Assembly (NCBI GenBank): GCA_038064595.1
Contig: JBBTSV010000014.1
Span: 1 to 54,326 of the forward strand
Direction of reading: 5' to 3'
DNA from: Patescibacteria group bacterium
Lineage (GTDB): Bacteria > Patescibacteriota > Minisyncoccia > Phycocordibacterales > Phycocordibacteraceae
Length of the DNA stretch: 54,326 bases
Made by a program: the position numbers and the translations under genes. The notes beneath the pieces were generated by a model. That model searched no databases. It had not been told where the DNA came from and saw nothing but the letters and a program-made list of their open reading frames with translations. Shown here piece by piece: positions 26,989-36,087 of this stretch (position 1 is the stretch's first letter; each line of letters starts with the position of its first letter).

Positions 26989-27756
26989 ATGGAAAATACG
27001 ATTGACGCTCAACATCCCGACGAGATACACAAAACGCTCGCACGTCTCGTCACGAGCCCTCCCGATGCGTTTTTTGTACTCGCCGGGGCCATGACATATG
27101 ACGAGACCAAGGGTGAGTACGTAACTGGATCTTTTGATACGCTCGATGAGAATAGTACGTCGGCGCTCGGAGTAGCACTTCCCTCTGGCGGCAGAGATCG
27201 AGTGCTTGCAGCTTTCGAAATGCACAAAGCGTTTCCTGAGGCATACCTCGTTACTATGTCCAAGACACGAGATGGAAACAAACCAACGTACGCATCTGTC
27301 GCAAGAAAAGAGCTCGTAGAAAAGGGTGTTGATCAAAATCGAATCCTACTGAGCGAGGCTTCTGTGGATACCATCACCGAGCTTAAGGAAGCCATTCGTC
27401 TCTCCAGAGAGCGTGGGTGGCGACACATCGTACTTATCGTAGGTGAGTGGCAGAGACCCCGCGCAGAAGCACTTCTTAATCATATTGAGGATTTTGTCGA
27501 AAAAGAGGAGGAGAAGTTTTTTTCATCTTTTGTCAGTGCGATTACAACCGGAGCACTCGCGGTACACTTTTTAGATACCACCACCATTCTCTCAGCGGTA
27601 GACGATACTCATAAACGATTCTTTGAGGAAACGCTTGGTGCTCATCCTGGGATGCAGGCCCGTATCATTGCCGAAGCAAACGGTGTGCGACAGATCGCGG
27701 AGGGAACCTATGGCGGTAGGAAGCTCACGCATAAAATGTGGAAAGAAAAGCCCTAA
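26989..27756 (+). CDS. Divergent DUF218-like hypothetical protein
   Basis: VLAG, RVLAA, ELVEKGV...ILLSEASVDTITEL, WQRPRA resemble DUF218 motifs. Confidence 0.6.
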   Translation: MENTIDAQHPDEIHKTLARLVTSPPDAFFVLAGAMTYDETKGEYVTGSFDTLDENSTSALGVALPSGGRDRVLAAFEMHKAFPEAYLVTMSKTRDGNKPTYASVARKELVEKGVDQNRILLSEASVDTITELKEAIRLSRERGWRHIVLIVGEWQRPRAEALLNHIEDFVEKEEEKFFSSFVSAITTGALAVHFLDTTTILSAVDDTHKRFFEETLGAHPGMQARIIAEANGVRQIAEGTYGGRKLTHKMWKEKP

Positions 27757-27815
27757 CAGGGCGTAGCATCGAAAGGTGAGTGGACAGTGTATCCCCCATC
27801 ATTTAGACTCACGTC

Positions 27816-29045
27816 ATGGGCCACACACACAAAGATACCTGCCGGATTTGTAAAGGAAGTGATTTGGTGCGTGTGCTTTCTTTGGGCGAGCACCCGCCAG
27901 TCGACAATTTCGTCGCTCCAGATGCGGTGGGAGAGGAGAAGCGGTATCCGCTCGACGTGTATTTCTGTCGCGCGTGCAGCCTGGTGCAGCTGGTTGACGT
28001 GGTTCCGCCCACCGAGCTCTTTCACAACGCCTATGCATACTTTTCGTCAGCGTCGGTGCCACTCGTCCGCCATTTTGAATCGTATGCGAAGCAAATAAAA
28101 GAGAAGTACCTTTCGCCGGGTGATTTTGTCGTCGATATCGGGAGTAATGATGGCGTACTGCTTCAGTTCTTCCTTCCCGAACATCGAGTGCTGGGCATTG
28201 AACCCTCGAGCAATGTCGCCGAAGTTGCGCGCGAACAGGGCATCGAGACACTCATTGAATTTTTTGACGAAAAACTCGCGCAACGTATTGTCGAGACACA
28301 CGGCAAAGCAAAAGTGATAACAGCCAATAACGTGTTCGCGCACATCGATGATCTGGACGAAATCGTGCGAGGCGTGAAGACGCTCCTCACGGACGACGGG
28401 GTCTTTGTGTCTGAGTCGCACTATCTCCTCGATCTGGTGGAGCACATGGAGTTTGATACCATCTACCACGAGCACCTCTGCTACTACACCGTGAAGCCCC
28501 TCCAGCATTTGTTTAATCGCTTTGACATGGAGGTATTCGATGTCGAACGAGTGGCGCAACATGGCGGATCTATTCGAGTCTTTGCACGAAAGCGCTCTAC
28601 AGAGCCGCTATCACCCCGAGTCAAAGAACTTTTGGATCTAGAAGAAAAAAACGGGCTGTATACACCCGATACCTTTCTTGGGCTAGAGGAGCGTGTCAAA
28701 GGCGTGCGTGAGAAGCTTGTCTCAATGGTGCGCGAGCTTCGTCACGAAGGGAAGAAGGTAATAGGATACGGTGCGCCCGCGAAGAGCGGCACTCTGCTCA
28801 ATTATTGCGGGTTCACTGCTGATGATCTCTCCTACATCACCGACACGACACCCCACAAGGTGGGTAAGCTCACTCCCGGGAGCCATATCCCGGTTGTCTC
28901 GCCGGATATTTTGAAAACGGAGACCCCCGACTACATCCTCCTGCTTTCTTGGAACTATCGCGACTTTATTTTAGAGAAGGAGAAGGATGTGCGTGCGCGC
29001 GGCGCGAAATTTATTATCCCGGTACCAAAAGTCGAAATCGTATGA
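27816..29045 (+). CDS. NDP-hexose C-methyltransferase (TylC3/EryBIII-like)
   Basis: Zn motif CRIC...CRAC, DIGSNDG, NNVFAH, DTIYHEHLCYY, HGGS, GYGAPAK. Confidence 0.9.
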   Translation: MGHTHKDTCRICKGSDLVRVLSLGEHPPVDNFVAPDAVGEEKRYPLDVYFCRACSLVQLVDVVPPTELFHNAYAYFSSASVPLVRHFESYAKQIKEKYLSPGDFVVDIGSNDGVLLQFFLPEHRVLGIEPSSNVAEVAREQGIETLIEFFDEKLAQRIVETHGKAKVITANNVFAHIDDLDEIVRGVKTLLTDDGVFVSESHYLLDLVEHMEFDTIYHEHLCYYTVKPLQHLFNRFDMEVFDVERVAQHGGSIRVFARKRSTEPLSPRVKELLDLEEKNGLYTPDTFLGLEERVKGVREKLVSMVRELRHEGKKVIGYGAPAKSGTLLNYCGFTADDLSYITDTTPHKVGKLTPGSHIPVVSPDILKTETPDYILLLSWNYRDFILEKEKDVRARGAKFIIPVPKVEIV

Positions 29046-29785
29046 ATCTAAAAGAAGAAGTGCTCACAGTTGTCTCTCGTGCCGGACACCACATCTCACC
29101 GGAGGTGGAGCGTGTCGTCGAGTCACTCGAGGAGCTGGTGCGCGCCGAACGCGAGTCAGACATTGAGCCAATCCTTGCGTGGCTTAAGAAACGGCGAGAC
29201 GAGTATCCTGCCGAGGTGACTGAAATCCCTCTAAAGGAGGTTGCGGGGTGGAGTGCGGATGCCGAAACGGGCAACATCAACCACCAATCGGGGGGCTTCT
29301 TCTCGGTGATCGGCGTACGGACCACGGGGGCAGGGGAGCGAGAGGTCGCCTCGTGGGACCAGCCCATCGTGAAGCAAATGAAGAGCAGTATCTCTGGGGT
29401 GCTCTGCCAGCGCCGAAACGGCATCATGCATTACCTCTTTCATGGCAAGTTCGAGCCGGGTAATCTCCACAAGATTCAGATCTCTCCGGCGCTCCAAGCT
29501 ACCCCAAGCAATCTCGAGCGCACGCACACTGGGAGGCGGCCTCGGCTCGCTGAATATTTCGCAGATGAGGGCAAAGGAAGGTTGGTGACCATGGTCGAAG
29601 GGGCCGAAGATGGCGGGCGATTTTTCAAAAAGACTATCCGAAATATGTTGGTTGAAGTCGACGAGACGGAAGACGTGCCTATCACGAACGAGTATATCTG
29701 GCTGACTCGACCGCAGATTATGAAATTGCTCATGGTCGATGGAGCCATGAATTCGCTCTCGCGCAGCGTGTGCGTTCTCCTATGA
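29042..29785 (+). CDS. NDP-hexose 2,3-dehydratase (single-domain form)
   Basis: H.SGGFFSVIG, WDQPI, KFEPGN, QISPALQATPSN, EDGGRFFKK..RNM. Confidence 0.85.
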   Translation: MNLKEEVLTVVSRAGHHISPEVERVVESLEELVRAERESDIEPILAWLKKRRDEYPAEVTEIPLKEVAGWSADAETGNINHQSGGFFSVIGVRTTGAGEREVASWDQPIVKQMKSSISGVLCQRRNGIMHYLFHGKFEPGNLHKIQISPALQATPSNLERTHTGRRPRLAEYFADEGKGRLVTMVEGAEDGGRFFKKTIRNMLVEVDETEDVPITNEYIWLTRPQIMKLLMVDGAMNSLSRSVCVLL

Positions 29786-30786
29786 GTACCCCGAGGGTGG
29801 TCACCGTAGGCATTCTTGGTACAGCCGATATCGCGGCACGATATGCGATCCCCGCTTTCCAATCGCTACCACATACGAAGCTCGTTGCTATTGCAAGTAG
29901 AAATAAGGACAGGGCAGAGGAGTGGGCAAAAAAATATTCCCTTGATGCAGAGTCTTACGAATCCTTACTTGCGCGAGAAGATATCGAGGTCATCTACAGC
30001 CCACTCCCCGTAGGAGTACAGGAAGAATGGGCCATCAAAGCTATGGCGATGGGGAAGCATGTGATATGCGAGAAGTCTATCACCTACAGTTTAGAGTCGG
30101 CACAGCGAATGGTAGACGCCGCCGGGGAAGCGGGTGTGGCTCTCTACGAAAACTTTGTCCCTGAATTTCATCCACAACACGCACGCATACTCGCTCTCAT
30201 AAAAGAGGGGAGAATAGGTGAGCCGCGTGTGTGGATCGGCACATACGGGTACCCGTTCCTACCAAAAAATGATATTCGCTACCGAGCAGATTTGAAAGGG
30301 GGCGAATTGAACTATTGCGGATGTTATACCGCGTTTATGGCGCGCAAGATCATGCAGCAGGAGCCGGTGGCGGTGACGTGTGCGCTTCGCACCGATGGAC
30401 GCGAGGTTGATATCTACGGATCGGCATTCTTTGAATTTGAGAGGGGGACCGCGCACATGTCGTTTGGCTTTGACTATCTGTACCAAAATACCTACACGGT
30501 GTGGGGATCGAGGGGACTGCTGCGGACCGACCGCGCATTTGCGCTCCCGCCGACTCTGGCACCCACGGTCGAGCTCATCACCAACAACGGCAAAGCGGAA
30601 CAGCGCGAACCCATCGACGTCTCTGCCGCGAATCAATTTGCACTAAGCTTTGACTTCTTTTGTTCGGCCGTTGCCGCCGGTGACCGCGTTCAGTTTCAGG
30701 ATATGTACCACCGCATCACGAGCCAAGCCCGCGTTCTTGAGGCAATGCGCACCTCTGCGCGCGAGGGTAGACGGGTCGAGCTTTAG
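29782..30786 (+). CDS. Gfo/Idh/MocA oxidoreductase (NDP-hexose 3-ketoreductase-like)
   Basis: GILGTADIA, AIASR, GKHVICEKS, ENF..FHPQH, DIRY...GG. Confidence 0.87.
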   Translation: MSTPRVVTVGILGTADIAARYAIPAFQSLPHTKLVAIASRNKDRAEEWAKKYSLDAESYESLLAREDIEVIYSPLPVGVQEEWAIKAMAMGKHVICEKSITYSLESAQRMVDAAGEAGVALYENFVPEFHPQHARILALIKEGRIGEPRVWIGTYGYPFLPKNDIRYRADLKGGELNYCGCYTAFMARKIMQQEPVAVTCALRTDGREVDIYGSAFFEFERGTAHMSFGFDYLYQNTYTVWGSRGLLRTDRAFALPPTLAPTVELITNNGKAEQREPIDVSAANQFALSFDFFCSAVAAGDRVQFQDMYHRITSQARVLEAMRTSAREGRRVEL

Positions 30787-31079
30787 CTCCGGCTCTCAAA
30801 CCACGTGAGAACTTTTTCAAGCTCCGCCTCCGTATCAACTCCCCGTTCTTCTGCAAGAATGAGCGCATCAGCGATAATCGCGCCGATCGAGTGATTCACG
30901 TCTTTGTGTGCCAGGTGACTGCTTTTAGCCCGCCCCTCCTCGACAGAGAGCGCCACCTCGACGTCGTCTACTTGGCGGTAGACTGATGCGACACGGTCTT
31001 GAACCCCCCAGCTACTCTTTGGGAATTTGTGGTCCGCCCCCGCCTTCAGCGCCTTTTGCCATTCGGTAATACTCCTCAT
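30783..31079 (-). CDS. Small all-alpha protein, possibly MazG-like NTP pyrophosphohydrolase
   Basis: 98 aa; IGAIIADALILAEERGVDTE resembles the MazG C-terminal helix; TATACT 6 nt before ATG. Confidence 0.55.
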   Translation of the reverse strand: MRSITEWQKALKAGADHKFPKSSWGVQDRVASVYRQVDDVEVALSVEEGRAKSSHLAHKDVNHSIGAIIADALILAEERGVDTEAELEKVLTWFESRS

Positions 31080-31152
31080 ATCGATAGTATATCCTACATT
31101 TTTCGATATTTTGCAACATTTCTTTTTTAACGACGCCTGCTATACTGTCCCC

Positions 31153-31734
31153 ATGTCAAAGGAAGACTGGGCAAAGAACACCCTACCGGTCTTGCTGGGA
31201 GACGCAGGACTGTGGCCGTGGAAGGAGGGTGAGATCGTTTCAGTTCTCGACGTGGCGTGTGGTCTCTCGCTTAAATCGAAGTACATCCCCGCACAGATAC
31301 GGGTCGGGGTTGACATTCATGAACCCTATTTTAGTCACATCGAGACCGATGTGCCGTATGTCGTGATGAAGTACGACATCCGTAAGCTGCGCGAGATTTT
31401 CGTCCCGAAGAGCTTCGATCTCGTCATCGCCGTCGATATTATCGAGCACATAACGAAGGAGGAGGGGCTACAGCTCATGCGTGACTGTGAGGAGATCGCC
31501 CGCAAAGCGGTCATCTTCGAGACCCCAAAGGGATACGTGCCCCAGAATATCGACATCCAGGGCTACGGCGGTGACGAGTGGCAGACGCACCGTTCAGGCT
31601 GGGATGTAACCGATTTCACCGAACACGGGTATAAGGTACTAGAGCGTGACTACAAAATGTCAGACGCAAAGCGTCATACTGAACTCGAAGTCGAGCGAGA
31701 TGTAACTCTTATCGACGCGATAAAGTTCTTATAG
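31153..31734 (+). CDS. Class I SAM-dependent methyltransferase
   Basis: VLDVACG, GVDIH, FDLVIAVDIIEH, ETP. Confidence 0.87.
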   Translation: MSKEDWAKNTLPVLLGDAGLWPWKEGEIVSVLDVACGLSLKSKYIPAQIRVGVDIHEPYFSHIETDVPYVVMKYDIRKLREIFVPKSFDLVIAVDIIEHITKEEGLQLMRDCEEIARKAVIFETPKGYVPQNIDIQGYGGDEWQTHRSGWDVTDFTEHGYKVLERDYKMSDAKRHTELEVERDVTLIDAIKFL

Positions 31735-31736
31735 GT

Positions 31737-32738
31737 ATGCGAGTCCTCATCACTGGCGGTACAGGCTCATTCGGCCACACTGCAGTTGAGCGCTTTTTGA
31801 AACGCTCGGAGGTTGAACAGGTGGTCGTTTTTAGTCGTGATGAAAAAAAGCAGCACGATATGCGCCATGCGTTCAAAAACAATGACCGCCTCACATTTAT
31901 TGTCGGTGATGTGCGTGACCGCGGCTCGCTCCGGCACGCGATGCGGTCGGTCGATGTCGTATTTCATGCCGCGGCGCTAAAGCAGGTCCCGACAGGAGAA
32001 TTTTTTCCTTGGGAAATGATTAAGACTAATGTAGTCGGTTCGCACAATGTCGCGGATATAGCTGAGCAGACAGGAGTTAAGAAGGTGATCTTCCTCAGTA
32101 CAGACAAAGCCGTGCATCCTATCAACGCCATGGGTATGTCAAAGGCGCTCGCAGAGAAGACGATGACGGCGTTCTCCCGCACCGCCCAAAAGACGGTATT
32201 CTGTGCCGTCAGATACGGAAATGTCGCGGCATCGCGGGGCTCGGTCATCCCGCTGTTCGTCGACTGCATCAAAGCCCACAAGCCGCTGCCGATCACTGTC
32301 CGGCACATGACGCGCTTCTTGCTCTCGCTTGACGATGCGGTCAATCTTGTCGAGCTCGCGGTCGATAAGGGCGAGCAGGGCAATATTTTTATTAAAAAAT
32401 CTCCGGCGGCGACGGTTCAGGATCTCGCGCAGGCAATCAAAGAGCTGTTTAATGCATCGGAGCCTATAGAAATTGTCGGGATCCGCGAAGGCGAGAAGAT
32501 CCATGAGATTCTCGCCCATAACCTCGAAATAATGAACGCGGAAGATATGGGAGGATTTTTCCGTATATACACTGATCGAAAGTTCGATTACGAGAAGTAT
32601 TTTGAAGAAGGGGGAGGCACTCTACCAGAAAAAGAACACTACGCCTCCAACACCACACAGCAGCTCACGGTGCCGGAGATCAAAGATTTCCTCCGTACGC
32701 TGCCCTATATCCAAGAAGAACTGCGACTGCGCGCATGA
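31737..32738 (+). CDS. fnlA: UDP-GlcNAc 4,6-dehydratase/5-epimerase (FnlA/CapE/WbjB)
   Basis: TGGTGSFG, SRDEKKQ, HAAALKQVP, STDKAV.PINAMG.SK, RYGNV..SRGSVIP. Confidence 0.9.
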   Translation: MRVLITGGTGSFGHTAVERFLKRSEVEQVVVFSRDEKKQHDMRHAFKNNDRLTFIVGDVRDRGSLRHAMRSVDVVFHAAALKQVPTGEFFPWEMIKTNVVGSHNVADIAEQTGVKKVIFLSTDKAVHPINAMGMSKALAEKTMTAFSRTAQKTVFCAVRYGNVAASRGSVIPLFVDCIKAHKPLPITVRHMTRFLLSLDDAVNLVELAVDKGEQGNIFIKKSPAATVQDLAQAIKELFNASEPIEIVGIREGEKIHEILAHNLEIMNAEDMGGFFRIYTDRKFDYEKYFEEGGGTLPEKEHYASNTTQQLTVPEIKDFLRTLPYIQEELRLRA

Positions 32739-33832
32739 AAATAGCAATAACCGGTGCAAGTGGCTTTCTCGGGCAGCATGTCCGGTTCTACCTGTTGCCG
32801 TTTGAAAAACAGGGAGAGCATAGTGTTGTTGTCGTACCGAAGGGGGCGTTTGGAAACGTTGAGAAACTTCGCGAGTTAGTCGCGCCGTGTGATGCGGTGA
32901 TCCACCTTGCTGGCATGAACCAGGGTGACGATGCAGACGTCTACGAGACAAATGTTCGTCTCGCCCGCACGCTCGCCGAGGCGTGCGGGGGTGCGCGCCC
33001 CCACATCGTGCTTGCGTCGTCGACGCACATCGAACGCGATACAGCCTACGGCACGTCGAAAAAAGAGGCGGGGGACATACTGCAGGCGTGGGGTGCAAAA
33101 AATAATGCACGGGTTTCGATAGCCGTCCTACCGCATGTTTTTGGGGAGTTTGCGAAGCCGTTTTACAATTCTGGCGTCGCCACGCTCTGTCACCAGATCG
33201 CGCAGGATCTCCCGCCGAAGCTCAACCCAGAGGCATGGGTTGAGCTCATCCATGCTCGCGACGTGGCCCATCGTCTCATAGACATGCTCAAGACAGAAGG
33301 CGGCGTCACACGTCTCGAAGGGCGCCCGATTGCGCTCAGCGCGGTATATGAGATGCTGGCGCTCTGGGCGCAGCAGTATCGGAGCGGCGTCATACCGATG
33401 CTCAGTGATCGCTTCGAAACGGCGCTGTTCATGACGCTCCATTCGCACCTTTTCCCCACCATGTTTCCCCGCTCGCTCGAGGTGAAGTCTGACGATCGAG
33501 GAAGCCTGTTTGAGGTTGTGCGGAGCGCCAAGCCCGACCTTGTGTTTTTTTCGACTACGGTCCCTGGGGCGACACGAGGCAGCCACTACCACACGCGAAA
33601 GTTTGAGCGCTTCTGTGTGGTGCGAGGCGAGGGGCGGATTTCCCTACGGAAACTCCTGACCAACGAGATTAGAACGTACGACGTCTCAGGCGAGAAGCCC
33701 GTTGTCATCGATATGCCGACCTACTGGACGCACGCGCTCACCAACACTGGCACAGGCGACCTGAGTGCGGTATTTTGGATAAGTGAGCATCTTGATCCAA
33801 GTGACCCCGACACATACCATGAACCAGTATAA
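32735..33832 (+). CDS. fnlB: SDR + cupin epimerase/reductase (FnlB/CapF/WbjC)
   Basis: TGASGFLG, YGTSKKE, KPFYNS.VAT.CH, DDRGSLFE, GSHYHTRKFERF. Confidence 0.9.
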   Translation: MKIAITGASGFLGQHVRFYLLPFEKQGEHSVVVVPKGAFGNVEKLRELVAPCDAVIHLAGMNQGDDADVYETNVRLARTLAEACGGARPHIVLASSTHIERDTAYGTSKKEAGDILQAWGAKNNARVSIAVLPHVFGEFAKPFYNSGVATLCHQIAQDLPPKLNPEAWVELIHARDVAHRLIDMLKTEGGVTRLEGRPIALSAVYEMLALWAQQYRSGVIPMLSDRFETALFMTLHSHLFPTMFPRSLEVKSDDRGSLFEVVRSAKPDLVFFSTTVPGATRGSHYHTRKFERFCVVRGEGRISLRKLLTNEIRTYDVSGEKPVVIDMPTYWTHALTNTGTGDLSAVFWISEHLDPSDPDTYHEPV

Positions 33833-34958
33833 AAACATCAAGGTGGTGACGATTGTCGGGACGCGGCCGGAAATCATACGGCTTTCTGAAGTGATTAAAG
33901 AGCTCGACGCGACCACGAACCATATTCTTGTCCATACTGGGCAGAATTATGATTATGATCTCAATGAAATATTCTTTAGTGATTTAAATCTCCGCAAGCC
34001 TGACTATTTTCTAGCAGCGGCGGGGAAGACGCCCGTTCAGACTGTCGCTCAAGTGCTGGCGAAGGTTGACGAGGTGCTTGAAAGGGAAAAGCCGGATGCG
34101 GTGCTCGTGCTCGGCGATACCAACAGCGCGCTGGCACTCTATGCGGCAAAACGTCGTAAGATCCCGACCTTCCATATGGAGGCAGGGAACCGCTGCTTTG
34201 ACGAACGCGTCCCGGAAGAGATAAACCGCCGCATCGTCGACCACATGAGTGATATCAATTTCGTTTACAGTGAACGGGCGCGCGATTATCTTCTGCGCGA
34301 GAATATGCCACCGGATCGTGTGATCAAAACCGGCTCCCCGCTCTTTGAGGTGCTCGCGGCGAACAAGAAAGCTATCGATGCGTCCTCCATCCTCACTACG
34401 CTCGGTCTCGAGAAGGGGAAGTATTTCGTGGCGAGCTTCCACCGCGAGGAAAACATCTCGAGCGACCGCGCGCTCGACGGAATCCTCGAAGGGCTGTCGC
34501 TCGTTGCAAAGGCACATGGATTGCCAGTCGTCATCTCGACGCATCCACGTACAAAAAAACGCATGGATGAGCGCAAGATCAAAGCACCCGAGCAACTGCG
34601 TTTTCTAAAGCCGCTGGGATTTCATGATTACGTCAAGCTCCAGATTGAGGCGGCTTGTGTTATTTCTGACAGCGGAACTATCAGCGAAGAATCCTCTATC
34701 CTAAATCTTACCGCGGTTATGCTCCGAGAGGCTCACGAGCGTCCGGAAGCCTCCGATGAGGCCACGATTATCATGGCGGGTGTTTCGCCAGAGAGGATTG
34801 TGCAGTCGGTTGCGCTTGCGATACGGCACGCCAACCCGGATCGACCGTTTCGACTGGTGAGCGATTACTCTATGCCGAATGTCTCAAAAAAGATCGTGCG
34901 TCTTATTCTCGGCTATACGGACTATGTCCGTCGACGAGTGTGGATGCAGCATGAGTAG
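33819..34958 (+). CDS. fnlC: UDP-hexNAc 2-epimerase (FnlC/CapG/WbjD)
   Basis: VGTRPEIIRLS, HTGQNYD, LGDTNS, HMEAGNRCFD..VPEEINR, SDSGTISEE. Confidence 0.92.
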   Translation: MNQYKNIKVVTIVGTRPEIIRLSEVIKELDATTNHILVHTGQNYDYDLNEIFFSDLNLRKPDYFLAAAGKTPVQTVAQVLAKVDEVLEREKPDAVLVLGDTNSALALYAAKRRKIPTFHMEAGNRCFDERVPEEINRRIVDHMSDINFVYSERARDYLLRENMPPDRVIKTGSPLFEVLAANKKAIDASSILTTLGLEKGKYFVASFHREENISSDRALDGILEGLSLVAKAHGLPVVISTHPRTKKRMDERKIKAPEQLRFLKPLGFHDYVKLQIEAACVISDSGTISEESSILNLTAVMLREAHERPEASDEATIIMAGVSPERIVQSVALAIRHANPDRPFRLVSDYSMPNVSKKIVRLILGYTDYVRRRVWMQHE

Positions 34959-36039
34959 GGTTCTTTTTCTTTGTGATATAGAGCTCGCAGACGCGAAACG
35001 AGGGACGCCCATTCATGTGGCACGCCTGCTCACAGAACTGCGCCGCGAACACGACATGATAGTCTGCGCCGCATCGGTACCAGAAGCACTTCAAGACGTG
35101 TTTGTGCCGTATCCGCAAGAGAAGGGGATGGGTAAGCTTCGTGCACTCCTTCGGATAGTCGACCAGTACAAACCGAAGACCGTTTTCACCATAGGTCAGG
35201 TCGGACTCATGGGCCCGATTCTCCTCAAACTTTTTCGCGGTGTCCGCATTGTCACTGAATTGCAGGGTGTGGAATATATCGAGAAATATGCGATGGGTCA
35301 CATCGGGCTTCTTGAGTCCTACGTCTGGAAGTATAAGTCGATGCTCCTGTTGCCTTTCTATGACGTCGTCATCGCTTTTACGAGGCGCACAGCCTCGCTG
35401 TACCCCTTTCTACGAAAGATCGCCATCATCTTCCCGGGTATTGACCTAGAGACCCTTCCACAAGCCACGTGTCGCGCCATACCTCCTCTCGTTGTCGGCT
35501 ATTCTGGCAATACGGATGCCTATCAGGGACTCACACATATCATCGAGGCTGTCGCACTGGTTCGAAAAAAGGGAATCGATGTGCGGCTTCACCTCGTCTT
35601 AAGCGGCACTGACGCCAAAGTTCGCCCGACCCTCGATCTTATCGAGGCGCAGGGTCTTACCAGCGTGACGACCATCTTGCGCAATCTGTCGCACAAGGAA
35701 TCAATCACAGAGATGTTGACGGCGTCAGTACTCCCGATACCTCGCACGAGAGCGCTCGAATCGGTGTACGGCTTCCCCTCAAAACTGCCAGAGTCTCTCG
35801 CTCTCGGCGTCCCCGTCATCACGACGAACGTGGGCGCTGTGCCAGAACTCATGCCCGATCTTGGTAATCACGCAACGGTTATTCCCGCCGAAGGCATTAC
35901 GCAGAATCTTGCAGATGCGCTTATGCGAGTCGCGCATATGAGTATTGAGGAGCGAGAAGTGCGAGGCGCGGCTGCACGCGAATATGCTAAGCGCTTTAGC
36001 TGGGAGCGGGCTACTCAAATCGCGAGTGAGACGTTGTAG
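34951..36039 (+). CDS. GT4 glycosyltransferase
   Basis: GYSGN..YQG, FPSKLPE.LA.GVPVITTNVG. Confidence 0.88.
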   Translation: MSRVLFLCDIELADAKRGTPIHVARLLTELRREHDMIVCAASVPEALQDVFVPYPQEKGMGKLRALLRIVDQYKPKTVFTIGQVGLMGPILLKLFRGVRIVTELQGVEYIEKYAMGHIGLLESYVWKYKSMLLLPFYDVVIAFTRRTASLYPFLRKIAIIFPGIDLETLPQATCRAIPPLVVGYSGNTDAYQGLTHIIEAVALVRKKGIDVRLHLVLSGTDAKVRPTLDLIEAQGLTSVTTILRNLSHKESITEMLTASVLPIPRTRALESVYGFPSKLPESLALGVPVITTNVGAVPELMPDLGNHATVIPAEGITQNLADALMRVAHMSIEEREVRGAAAREYAKRFSWERATQIASETL

Positions 36040-36087
36040 GGGCGCCGTTGTTACTTTCAGTGAGTTGTAGACGTTATACTAAGGGCT

